A DNA stretch of 58,212 bases, counting the filler, from Stramenopiles sp. TOSAG23-6 (lineage: Eukaryota), in the NCBI GenBank assembly GCA_900128565.1. It is 8 parts of 8 records of this genome, joined end to end, with 100 filler letters (N's around TTAATTAATTAA, not from the genome) between each part and the next. Parts side by side here need not be neighbours in the genome. Positions count along the whole stretch, not along the records: positions 43,784 to 50,960 come from LT636599.1; positions 51,061 to 58,212 come from LT636600.1; 6 more parts are not named here. One strand, 5' to 3'. This document shows positions 45,933-56,480 of the stretch, piece by piece (the stretch's first letter is position 1; the number at the start of each line of letters is the position of its first letter). Under the pieces are notes generated by a model. That model did no database searches. It was not told the origin of the DNA and saw only the letters and a list, made by a program, of their open reading frames with translations. A program made the position numbers and the translations under genes.

Positions 45933-48379
45933 TTATAATTTTGTTTGACGTAGATATTTTCTTTGGTAAAGCATAATAAAGTATACGACAATCATAACAC
46001 AAGAGACATCAATCAGAATAAACCATTGTAAAGGATTCCAATTGTGTTTTTCAATATTCAATGTTTTTACGAGGATAGATGAAACACTGCCTCGAATGGA
46101 AGTTCCTACTGTATTTTCTCAATATTTTGGTTTTACATTTGTTAGGTACGGAATTTTTATACAAAAAAAAAAAAAAATGAAATGAATGATGAAAATTTAC
46201 ATTGAGACATTGACAAAAATATCGCATAAAAAACTGATATTGGAATACTTTGTGTTTCATTACTATTTGTTTTTGCATCGCTACAAGGTAAAATTCCATC
46301 ATTGAATATTCGATTTGTATCCAAATTATAATTCAAAAGCAAAGCTTCATTATTATAATTATTATAATTATCATTATTATCATTATTATCATTATTATAA
46401 TTATCATTATTATCATTATTATAATTACTATTGATCATATTATTATAATTACTATTGGTTATATTATTATCATTATTATAATTATTATTATTATCAGTAT
46501 TATAATTACTATTAGTAGTAGTATCATTCTTTTCATTGTCGTTTGTTGACATTTTATTCGACCATATAGTAGCAAACACCACAGTTGGAACGAGAGCCAA
46601 TTGAGAAGCAACACTACATATCCAACTAACTCCAATCAAATACGATTCAACACTAATAAAAAATCTACGAAATTTTTCACTTGATGTAATTGCTGGAATG
46701 TACAATAGCCGAAGACTTGAAACAATAATTGATGTTATCCCTATAAATAAAAGTGTTGTTTGACTATCCATTTTTTGAGAACATTTGTTTTGAAGAAATA
46801 TTTCAATTCTTTATTTTTGAAAAATGTAGAATATAAAAACAATTAAAAATCGTCGGAATAGGTATGAAACATAAACACAAANAAAAAATAAAAAAAAACA
46901 CAAATAAAAATAAAAAAAAACGTACAGGTATTCATAAATATGATAAAAATAAAAAAAAACACAAATAAAAAAAAACGTACATGTATTCATAAATATAATA
47001 CTTCCAAGCATTGCACCAAGAGAATTAGCCACGCCAAGTTTCTGTATTGAACAAGTTGAATTAGCAGATGCCCAAAGAGAGTCCACAAAGTAAGAATATA
47101 AAGTATCACTTGACGAAGGAGTTGCATTAATTAATATTAAGACTATAGACGGAAATGTTAGTTGCCGAATTAAAATTTTAAAATTGTGTAGAAAAGAAAA
47201 CACTTTTGGTTGATTTATAGTATTATTATTATTATGAATAGTATCATGTGCTATAGTATTATTATTATGAAGAGTATCATGTGCTATAGTATTATTATTA
47301 TTATGAATAGTATCATGTGCTATAGTATTATTATTATTATGAAGAGTATCATGTGCTATAGTATTGTAATCATCCAACAATGCTATTGTATTTGTATTTG
47401 TTTTTAGAGGTGTAGATAGTGTAGATAAAACAGCACTATCACTTTTTCCAAAAGCAAATTGTAGTTTTCTATATATATATCTCCATGAACAAAATGTTGA
47501 AAGAATAATAATAAAACCGAGTACAAATAGTACAATGAAAAGACCTAAAATATACAAATGATAAAATTGGCCTTTTGTTCCTTGTGATAAAATTCCAAAA
47601 TTTACAACAAGTAAAATAACTTCTACAATAAATACAAAGACTCCAACACAACCAGCTATTTTTTTTCGATCGATTTGATTAAGATGCGAACCATCATTGT
47701 ATATATTTTCATTCGTTTTCACATTATTGTATATATTTTCATTCGTTTTCAAATTGTGTATAGATAATTCTGGGAGATATGATGCTACATATGTAGATAT
47801 AAGTGGTATGAGTGCAGTATATGCAATAAATTGACGAGGTTGAACATTATCACTACAATATAATGGTAACATTGCTAGTGTACAAGTAACTGTTCCGAAC
47901 GATCGAATGCTCGAAGCTCCACTTTGCAAGACAGTAGCACTATATGAATCACTTATATTGTTTTTAATTTTACTATGTCTAGATACAATATCAACTAATG
48001 TTGCATCAAGTAACAGTTCTGAAAAAGCATTAAATGTTTCATTAACGACTTTCACGACAAAAGCACTACAAATAGACGTGACAAAAAAACCTGTAAGTGC
48101 GTAACAAATACAAGAACCAAAACTGCAGATTATAATATACGATTTACGGTGGTATCCAAAAATAGGAAAACGATGAGACAGCCATGCATAGAATGGTTTT
48201 AGTGACCATGGAATCAGTCCTGCAGTATAATATAAAACGACAACTTCAGGAGACATGGACAACTCTTTATTGATCCAATGTGTATAGGCAGACATTGGGA
48301 ATGCTAGTTCCCAAGTATTCAGTAAATACAGAAGGGCTAAGGGTAAAGGAATGAGCGATGCCCCATAAAAACATTTCAT
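45933..48379 (-). CDS. BT1 folate/biopterin transporter family (MFS); exons 48379..46981, 46782..46201, 46108..45933
   Basis: IPWSLKPFYAWLS..FPIFGYHRKSY, AFSELLLDATLV, NATPS; the spliced C-terminus FYAIFLSMSQ-L-GTSIRGSVSSILVKTLNI...W..L..FILI is not in the ORF track. Confidence 0.85.
46109..46200 (-). other. Canonical GT-AG member of the same intron family (92 nt, phase 1)
   Basis: CAA T|GTAAAT...AAAAATTCCGTACCTAAC...GAGAAAATACAG|TA GGA. Confidence 0.82.
46783..46980 (-). other. Non-canonical GT-AT intron (198 nt, ends AAT, phase 1)
   Basis: ACA T|GTACGT...TTTCATACCTA...GAAATATTTCTTCAAAACAAAT|GT TCT CAA AAA ATG. Confidence 0.75.
47213..47367 (-). repeat. Coding minisatellite (N)nTIAHDT[L/I]H x4 in a BT1 loop
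   Basis: 36-39-bp tandem units. Confidence 0.85.
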
Positions 48380-49019
48380 GGGTTAAGAATTGTAATATTG
48401 ATGACTGCTGCTTGCACAAAATTGCAAGGTACAATAACATAAATTATGTGTTATTTTAGCTCAGCTAGTGTTGGCCTACTGTTGACATCATTAGCTATTT
48501 ATCCAAGGTAGCAATTCGAAGAAAATACTGACATATTTCGTGTTTGTACCGTTTACCCGGTTTACCAAACAAGGACTTTGTTTTTTATTTAAATTCATTA
48601 TCTACAGTCTTACTATGATTCAGCAACATAGAATGATATATGTTTTATTGTATATATAATGAGTATATAATTGTATGAAATGCAATGTCAATATTTTCAA
48701 ACTTTATATCTGAGATCGTTAAAAATATCTAACGAATTTCGTGTTCAAAAATTTTTTTTTTTATTCAAATTTGAATTTGAATTTGAATTCAAATTTTTTT
48801 TAAAAAAATTAGGTTTTTAAAAAAAAAATTTGAATCCCAAGTGTCGAACGAAGTTTCGCGCCTCCCCCTACGTATGCGTTGTGTATATAAGTAATTTGAA
48901 TTTTTGCATCGAAAGTTCTTAATAATTTCCTCAAGTCTTCTTCGGTAAGTGCAATACTTATTCAAAAAAAAAAGGATTTATTTGTATTACCTAAACAAGT
49001 ATACTATTTTAAAAGAAAT

Positions 49020-50960
49020 ATGTTCGTTTTTGGATTTTCTAAACACCATTCGAAAAAGAGAAATTACACAACGGACCATGAAACAAAGGCAACCAAACAA
49101 GTAAACCCTATTGCTATTGGTATAGCTTCAAAAGATAAAGAACCGAAATCAAATGTGACGCTACCAGTAACCCAAAATGAAAAATCATCGTCAGATTGTC
49201 CGCAAGATCTGAGTAAAGCATCTACTTGTATACTATGGTCAATATTCAAGGATGCCATCGGGCCAACGAACGCTGTACGCGCATTTGATGTAATACTTGT
49301 ATTTTCAGAAATGTTGATATATGCTCAATTTTGGCCTGTTGCTATTATTTTTGCTAATTTGCTACACAAAGAATTTGCTAGTGGAAACTTGGAATTCCAA
49401 GGTCCAGTAAGAACGACACCTCTCATTGCATACACTTTTCTGTTTTTATCTGCAAATGTTATCTTACAAGTTCACTTTCAATACTGGTCATATCAACGTG
49501 GACAATGCTTTAAGAGAATCGCCAAGCCAATTATTTTATATGAAATCGACGCGTCAGATGAGGAACTTTTGATGTCAGCAACTGATGATATTAATAAAAC
49601 ACAACACACGTGTTTTTGTCTATTTCCACATTGTGTACAATCTGTTGTTGTAATTATAACCTTGTTGATTTTTGTGTATTTTCGAAACTGGGAATTTATG
49701 CTATATCTTTTATGTTTAGTAATTATTATGATTGTTCTTTCAATTCTATCAACAAGAAGTACAATGAAACATAATGAAGAACTTTTGAGGTTAGTATCAA
49801 GTATGAATGGTGAAAATGAAACTATGTATGGTGAAAATGAAACTATGAATGCTGAAAATGAAACTATCAATGTAGAAAATATGTCACCTGATGAGCAGTA
49901 CTTTTTATCATTGGCAACGCAACAGCATCCAAACATATATCAACTTTTGATATCTGTAGTTGAAGTTGTATCCTTGCCTGTATCATTTCACGTAACTGAG
50001 TATATAATTGACGATAATGAGAGGATGTTTGACTCTATGCTTGAAGATATACTTTGTTATGGCGCTGTTATCTATAATGCAAATGCATTTACTACATCAT
50101 TGGATAGAATTATCAAGAATTCAATTGTAATGCGGCGGGTTCGAAAATTATATCAAAAAAGTAAAGACAAAGTGCAAAATATTCCAAAGAATGATAAAAC
50201 AACTTGTAAGAAACAGATTATTTACACTTTTGTAATTTTAATATTACTCGTTCCTGTGGGAGCTTTGGTATACTACATCTTGAGTCTTCATATATGTGAT
50301 GAGAATATCAAAGTTAAATGCACATATGAAAGTATTGATGAAAGTAAGATTGTAAATACTAGGTGTGATTCTATAACAGTTACTCAAAAGTTTAATATTG
50401 ACAATACTCTATGCCAACTGGATTTAAGTCAATCAGAGATACTTGAAAAATGTAGAGAAAGCTGTAACGTAACAGTTGACACAAAAGTTATTGCAGCTGT
50501 TGAAAATACCATTGGTTTAAAACTACAAGAAACATCCTTTCACTATGATCATTCGCCATTATCAAGTCAACGGAGATTGAAGGATGGGGCGAAAAAAAAA
50601 ACCAGGTCTCTAACAAACACGCCTGGTTCGAATGACTGCAATACATCACAAATGTCAAGCCAACCTTGTGAGAAAGGAGGAGGGTCATTAATGGTGAAAC
50701 TGTTAAATACTAAAAAACGATTTACTGAGACATGTCAAACTTCGACATCGACTGCATCATCGACTGCAACACCAACTGCATCACCAATAGCCACACCAAC
50801 TGCATCACCAATAGCCACACCAACTGCATCACCAACTGCACAACCAACAGCTACACCAACTGCACAACCAACTGCACAACCAACAGCCGCACCAACAGCC
50901 GCACCGACTGCAACACCAACAGCCGCACCAACAGCCGCACCGACTGCAACACCAACTGCA
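49020..50960 (+). CDS. Multi-pass membrane protein with a Cys-containing region and PT repeats, 3' partial (may continue at 44218 if the contig is circular or tandem)
   Basis: Several hydrophobic segments, then RRL and TPTA repeats; the last 434 nt equal the contig start. Confidence 0.7.
50527..50960 (+). repeat. 434-bp direct terminal repeat, copy 2
   Basis: Matches 43784..44217. Confidence 0.9.
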
Positions 50961-51060
50961 NNNNNNNNNNNNNNNNNNNNNNNNNNNNNNNNNNNNNNNN
51001 NNNNTTAATTAATTAANNNNNNNNNNNNNNNNNNNNNNNNNNNNNNNNNNNNNNNNNNNN
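50961..51060. other. Artificial contig spacer
   Basis: N-TTAATTAATTAA-N. Confidence 0.97.
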
Positions 51061-51061
51061 G

Positions 51062-52003
51062 TGGACATGGTGTAAGTGGCGAGGTACCTTTCATATATTG
51101 TTACGAGAGGAAGATTCTAAAACTCATGCCATTGATAAAGACACCTGGAATATCGAACAAGAAACAAAGGCTAAAGAACACGCTTGTTATGTACTACATA
51201 AAACCCTGGTGATATCGGTGAATCGACAATTGTGGTCAGCTTGGTCAACTTGGAGGGGGACCTTTTATATATCAAAAACCCAAGAAATAGAACTAGTAGC
51301 GCAAGCAAAGAAAGATGAGCTTCAAAAAAAACACGCTTCAAAACTCATTTATAGAAGTTTACTCGTGATTTCTCAGCTACGGTTATGGCGTGCATGGAGT
51401 TCATGGAGGAACAAGTTTCATTTGTGCAATATAGAAATCGAAACTAAGATATACAACAAGAAAACGAAAGAACAATCATTACATATCCTTGGACTTGTCT
51501 TGAGGCGTTTTTTACATATGAAAATGAGCAAAAGCTTTAGATCGTGGGTGCTCAGTTTGTATCGTGATGATATTGTGTGGTGTTCTATGGCAAGTAAACG
51601 TACATGTATAGCACATGTTGACCGTATATTGAATCATTGGCTTGATCGTGTTACATCCAACGCATGGAATACATGGAAATTATATTGTACTTCATTAGCG
51701 ATTGAAAGTCAAGTGGAATACCGATTTGGCAGCCGGCATATGTTATATACGGCTTGTCACTTCCAAAAATCTTACATTAAGTTGTTTCTAATTGCGGCGT
51801 GGCGGACATGGCGCTTGAAAATTGGTAAACATCAGCCATGGAACTATGCAATTTCAATCTCTTCCTCTGATATTTCGGATTCATTATCAAATGATGAAGT
51901 GGAAGTATCAGATGAAGAATGGGAAGAACGCGAAAATTTGCGAAGGACATCGATTCTTAAGATAGATGAAAGAGTTGAGATGGCATTACAATGTTTACAA
52001 TAA
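51062..52003 (+). CDS. Sfi1-like repeat protein (putative centrin-binding), 5' partial
   Basis: Periodic L..AW..W[RK] motifs (LWSAWSTWR, LWRAWSSWR, MSKSFRSWV, TSNAWNTWK, IAAWRTWR). Confidence 0.6.
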   Translation, partial: WTWCKWRGTFHILLREEDSKTHAIDKDTWNIEQETKAKEHACYVLHKTLVISVNRQLWSAWSTWRGTFYISKTQEIELVAQAKKDELQKKHASKLIYRSLLVISQLRLWRAWSSWRNKFHLCNIEIETKIYNKKTKEQSLHILGLVLRRFLHMKMSKSFRSWVLSLYRDDIVWCSMASKRTCIAHVDRILNHWLDRVTSNAWNTWKLYCTSLAIESQVEYRFGSRHMLYTACHFQKSYIKLFLIAAWRTWRLKIGKHQPWNYAISISSSDISDSLSNDEVEVSDEEWEERENLRRTSILKIDERVEMALQCLQ

Positions 52004-52150
52004 AGTTTGTGTATTTTCTAAAAATTAATATATAGACAAAATACTACAATAAATATATGAAATTACCAAGACAGTCTGGTTACATCTGAGACTGATAGGT
52101 TGAAACGTAAGGAATATTATTACAATAAATTTAGGTAACATTTACTGAAT

Positions 52151-55100
52151 TTATTGTTTTGCGTTTTCTGCTTTTTCCCTAGCAATTTGACGCTTTGTTC
52201 GCTTTCCACGAGTTACTACTAAATGATTATTTGTCTTTGTCGGACCAGGAGTTCGCTTTCTCTTTTTCTTCATTTTCTCTTTTTTAAGCTTTTTTATTGA
52301 GAGAGTCTGTGTTTGTACACCTCCAACAACATTCTTTTTACCTACGGTTTCCTTCATAACATGTCTACCATTTGCTTCTTTATTAGCATCATTATCATCA
52401 TTAGCATCATTTGTGTTTTTACTACTCTTTTCTTCTACGTCGCTTTTGATTACACTTTCCGGTTCTCCTTCTACACCATCGGTCATCGCAGATAAGGTGT
52501 ATTCCACAAGACAAGCAGTTTGACAAAGTTGAGAAATACGCTTAAAATGACGCTGAGAATATGCTAATTGGGCTTCGGCGATGGAGTTTATTCCAGGTAC
52601 AGTAGCTAGTCGATCATGAGGAACATTTTGGAGTACAAATTGGATAACTTGCTGTGCCAATGCGCTGTGTCGAGAATTCATATTCCAATCTCGGGCATAT
52701 TTCAACAACCGATATAAGTACTCTTCTTTATTGTCATCTTCTTCTTCCTCGACATCCTCATGATTTTCAATTTCGGAATCCAAAATATGACCGTACTTAT
52801 CAGTCTTAGCAGACGGTTCCAATATAGTGCTCGTAGCGCCACCACCTGCCGATGGCGTGACACAATCTTTACCAACTTTATCAGGAGATTTAGCTATTAC
52901 CTTTGGACGTATATTGATGAGAGTATTCAGAGCCATATGAAATCGTTTTTGGCTTGCTATAATCTGTTTATCATTGTTACTTCTAGATTTTTCCACATAA
53001 CTTTGTTCAGCAGCAGCTGCCATCATTATATCCAATAAGTTACGCAATTGCTGAGGTTTATCCAATTCCAGAGCCATTTTCGCAGCTCGGAGATTTTTCT
53101 TTTTATAGACTAAAGTCATCAACTTCTGCTCTTGAAGCAATTCTTCTTCTCTTTCTTTNACTACATTATCATCTTCTTCAATTGTACAGTCTTCCCACAC
53201 TTTTAGAGATGAATCAGCACCACCGGTAATGATTTTTTTTCCATTTTTTGAAATATCCAATGCCCAAATTTTATCATCGTGAGCTTCAAAGGTGTTTGCA
53301 CATTCGTTAGTTTTAAGAGTCCATAATTTCATGAGTCCATCTGCACCAGTAGAAACAATTTGCATACCAGCATTGAAAAATTTAACTCGCAAAACAGAAG
53401 AGGTGTGTCCTTCGAATGTCGCAATACAAGGGTACTGCCCTTGCATTGACCAAACTTTAACAGTTCGATCGGCGCTACCGGATACAAGACAACGGTCAAT
53501 CGGGGAGAATTGAGCCGCCCAAATACCACGTTTGTGTCCTTTTAAAGTAGCAAGTGATTCACCTCTTTCAATGCACCATATTTTAATACTTTTATCCTGA
53601 GATGCAGACGCTATAATTTTATCGTTTGGAGCAACTGTGATTGCATTAATATCTTTTTCATGGGCGATTTGATTGAACATTGTATTTAATTTCAAAACAT
53701 TATTGAAAACGTCGACTTCCGTAGGTGTTTTCGTAATGCCATTCTTTACATTTTCCCTTAATTTCCTTAATTTATCCATTTTATCTTGTTGAGATATAAC
53801 AGATCTCAAATCCCATAATTTTAGGGTTAAATCTTTACTTCCAGTAGATAACCAGGCACTCGAACTAGATACGCTTGTGATTCGCGAAGGAAACGATACT
53901 GCACCTACTGCATCTGTATGACCTTCACATATTGCCACACAACGTCTTGAGAAAACATCCCACACCCGTGCTGAGTGATCTTTCGATGATGTCGCTACTA
54001 ATCGACCACAAGGTGAAACTGAGACTGCGAGCACAACATCACTATGACCACTTAATAAAGCACAGTCAAATGTATCAGATGACAAGATTCGTGCATTTAC
54101 ACTATTAGTTGCCATAACAATCATGTTTGATTGTGTTTTGGGATTAGGATTAGGGTTAGGTGGAATCATCTTTATATCAATAATTTCATCATTAAAACCA
54201 ACAAATTGCTTTTTCAAATCCAATGATGGTAACTGCAGATCATTAGGGATAGGGTTAACAGCCGCGGGTTTGATATCCATTGACATAAACATTTGATCTG
54301 AAGTGACTACAACAATTTCGGCTGCGTTTGTACGACAGAATAAATTAGTATATTCTACTTTATATTTTCTTTTTCTCTGATTTTTTTCACTTTTGTTGTC
54401 AGATTCATTCATAATCATTTTACATCTCCACCTGGCACCTTCAGGATATAAAGACCACACTTTTAGTATGCCTTTTTCACCCGCAGTGACAAATTGAATG
54501 TCTCGTTTTTTTGTCTTTTTTTTGTCAGAGATTTGCTTAAGGTTAGGGTTAGGAGGTAGCACATGTATACCTTCGAGAACTTCATACATTGGTACAGTTT
54601 TAAGTAACGAAAAGTCACGAAGGTTCCATACATTTACAACTTTATCGCGACCAGCAGTAAGCATGGTATATCCATCATTAGAGAATCCAAGAGATGTGAC
54701 TGAGCTCATGTGAGAACGCAAGACAGCGACACATTTGTAAGTGACGAGGTCCCAAATTCTTACGGTGCAATCATCAGAACAAGTAAAAAGTTGGAGGCGT
54801 CCTGCTATAGGATGAAATTTTACAAGGGATATGATTCCAGAATGTCCAACAAATTTATGAGTACAGTGTCCCTTGGCGAAATCATGCACTAGAACAACTT
54901 TATCTGATCCACCAGTTGCAATAAGTGTTCCACTTGGATCAAAATCCATAGAAAGTGCTGGACTTTTATGTGCTTTGAAACTGTTTGTACATTTCTTTTC
55001 AACTAAATCCCAAGAACGTATCAATAAATTGCGACTCGCAGTCACTAACTCACGATTATTTGGACTTAATGCAAATGTCATTAATTCTTCAGCTTCCACT

Positions 55101-55303
55101 GCCTTGTCCATGGCCTTAATAGACTGAGTAACTAGGCCCGTGTTCCAATCTAATAGTTTCACGTCTAAGTTGCATTGAGAGGCCAAGAATTCTTCATTAT
55201 TAGATACCTCGACTTTACCACCAGTATATGCAGATACATGCTGTTTTTGTATACGCCAAGATCGAGACAGACCTTTGTCTTTGACCTTGGTTAAATGCGA
55301 CAT
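52151..55303 (-). CDS. TBL3: U3 snoRNP WD40 protein UTP13/TBL3; probable start MSHLTK at 55303
   Basis: YTGGKV, GHCTHKFVGHSG, GFNDEIIDI, AHEKDIN, LKGHKRGIW, AHDDKIWAL, EQKL, WNMNSRHSALAQQV, YSQRHFKRI. Confidence 0.92.
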   Translation of the reverse strand: MSHLTKVKDKGLSRSWRIQKQHVSAYTGGKVEVSNNEEFLASQCNLDVKLLDWNTGLVTQSIKAMDKAVEAEELMTFALSPNNRELVTASRNLLIRSWDLVEKKCTNSFKAHKSPALSMDFDPSGTLIATGGSDKVVLVHDFAKGHCTHKFVGHSGIISLVKFHPIAGRLQLFTCSDDCTVRIWDLVTYKCVAVLRSHMSSVTSLGFSNDGYTMLTAGRDKVVNVWNLRDFSLLKTVPMYEVLEGIHVLPPNPNLKQISDKKKTKKRDIQFVTAGEKGILKVWSLYPEGARWRCKMIMNESDNKSEKNQRKRKYKVEYTNLFCRTNAAEIVVVTSDQMFMSMDIKPAAVNPIPNDLQLPSLDLKKQFVGFNDEIIDIKMIPPNPNPNPKTQSNMIVMATNSVNARILSSDTFDCALLSGHSDVVLAVSVSPCGRLVATSSKDHSARVWDVFSRRCVAICEGHTDAVGAVSFPSRITSVSSSSAWLSTGSKDLTLKLWDLRSVISQQDKMDKLRKLRENVKNGITKTPTEVDVFNNVLKLNTMFNQIAHEKDINAITVAPNDKIIASASQDKSIKIWCIERGESLATLKGHKRGIWAAQFSPIDRCLVSGSADRTVKVWSMQGQYPCIATFEGHTSSVLRVKFFNAGMQIVSTGADGLMKLWTLKTNECANTFEAHDDKIWALDISKNGKKIITGGADSSLKVWEDCTIEEDDNVXKEREEELLQEQKLMTLVYKKKNLRAAKMALELDKPQQLRNLLDIMMAAAAEQSYVEKSRSNNDKQIIASQKRFHMALNTLINIRPKVIAKSPDKVGKDCVTPSAGGGATSTILEPSAKTDKYGHILDSEIENHEDVEEEEDDNKEEYLYRLLKYARDWNMNSRHSALAQQVIQFVLQNVPHDRLATVPGINSIAEAQLAYSQRHFKRISQLCQTACLVEYTLSAMTDGVEGEPESVIKSDVEEKSSKNTNDANDDNDANKEANGRHVMKETVGKKNVVGGVQTQTLSIKKLKKEKMKKKRKRTPGPTKTNNHLVVTRGKRTKRQIAREKAENAKQ

Positions 55304-55553
55304 TTGGTCTCTGAAGTAGTTGCAAAATCTTTCAATTACGACTACTATGCTAAGTTGTGTGTGCGTTGTTTTCACTTTGGTTTCACTGACTATTTCTGGT
55401 TTCAGAAACACGAAATATAGCCGAAATATATAAAAAAAATCCTAACCGTTGTTTTTTAGGATCTCATCATCATCTCATATCTCGAAATCTCAAACTCAAA
55501 CACACGCTTTTTTCATCTTGTTTTGGCCCTAGGTTACATTGTTAATTTAAAAG

Positions 55554-55940
55554 ATGGCTGCCCCACAAAGTATGTGGAAGAAAGGTCTATTTGGATGTTG
55601 TGATCTTGGGATAGAACAGATCCTTTGTTTATTAATGTGTGCTCCCTGCGCGTATGGAAAGGTAATGGAGCGCCTCCAGATTGGGTCGTGTCTTGGTTGT
55701 TGCATTGGTGGTTTCTGCTGTTCGTGCTGCAACAGAGGTAAAATACGAACCATATACAATATAGCCGAAGAGCCTAGTGACTCCGTAGCTTGCCTATGTT
55801 GTCCTTGTGCCTTCTTACAGGAAATGCAAGAAGTAAAGATCAAAGAGCAGCTCAAATTTGGATTATTCGGTGCGATAACAAAGGAAAATGGTCAACCATT
55901 AGAACCACCAAAGGCAGTATTTTCTGGTTTTTCACGTTAA
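55554..55940 (+). CDS. PLAC8-family Cys-rich protein
   Basis: WKKGLFGCC, CAPCAYG, RGKIRTIYNI, CLCCPCAFLQEMQEV. Confidence 0.88.
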   Translation: MAAPQSMWKKGLFGCCDLGIEQILCLLMCAPCAYGKVMERLQIGSCLGCCIGGFCCSCCNRGKIRTIYNIAEEPSDSVACLCCPCAFLQEMQEVKIKEQLKFGLFGAITKENGQPLEPPKAVFSGFSR

Positions 55941-56259
55941 AGATATTTTTTTGATTATTTCCTAGCTCGGAATTGGTGAATTTTTAATAGCGCTTTATTT
56001 ATTTCATGGAGAATTCAATATAAAGCCTCTGAAGCGAACCAAATTTTTTCTCATATTTTACTGTTTTATATTTTTTATTGAACCCTAACCCTAGAATGAA
56101 AAGTGAACATTCGTCAGTTCATTCAAAAACCGAGCCGAGCTCGCCTCGACACAACAGAAATTGACATATATCGATAAAATTTAATTCATGAACTGTGTCT
56201 GCTGATAGGTAGCTATCTAGAGTCGCTACTACAATTAGAGCTATCTACTGTAGTTACGT

Positions 56260-56480
56260 GTGAGTGCACAGGCATTAGCTATCCTGTTCGATTCTCTGGA
56301 AGCTAATAAAAATGAGGACTCTGTGACTGATAGTATTAGAACTATGACGGGTTGCTGTCCAGGAACTTGTCGCTGTTGCCAGTGCATGAGTTCAAATGTG
56401 AGTGCACAGGCATTAGCTCTCGTGGTCGATTCTCTGGGAGCTAAAGAAAAGAGTGACTCTGTAAGTGCCAATAGCCTATT
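56260..56480 (+). repeat. Diverged 138-bp-period duplication at the sulfotransferase 5' end
   Basis: GTGAGTGCACAGGCATTAGCT...CGATTCTCTGG.AGCTAA...GACTCTGT at 56260 and 56398. Confidence 0.75.

Noticed and set aside
7209-51060. Regularly spaced TTAATTAATTAA palindromes in N runs as a biological repeat or CRISPR
   Set aside because: They are identical 100-nt linkers between contigs of decreasing length (7208, 7203, 7203, 7196, 7187, 7186, 7177, 7152), an assembly concatenation artefact.
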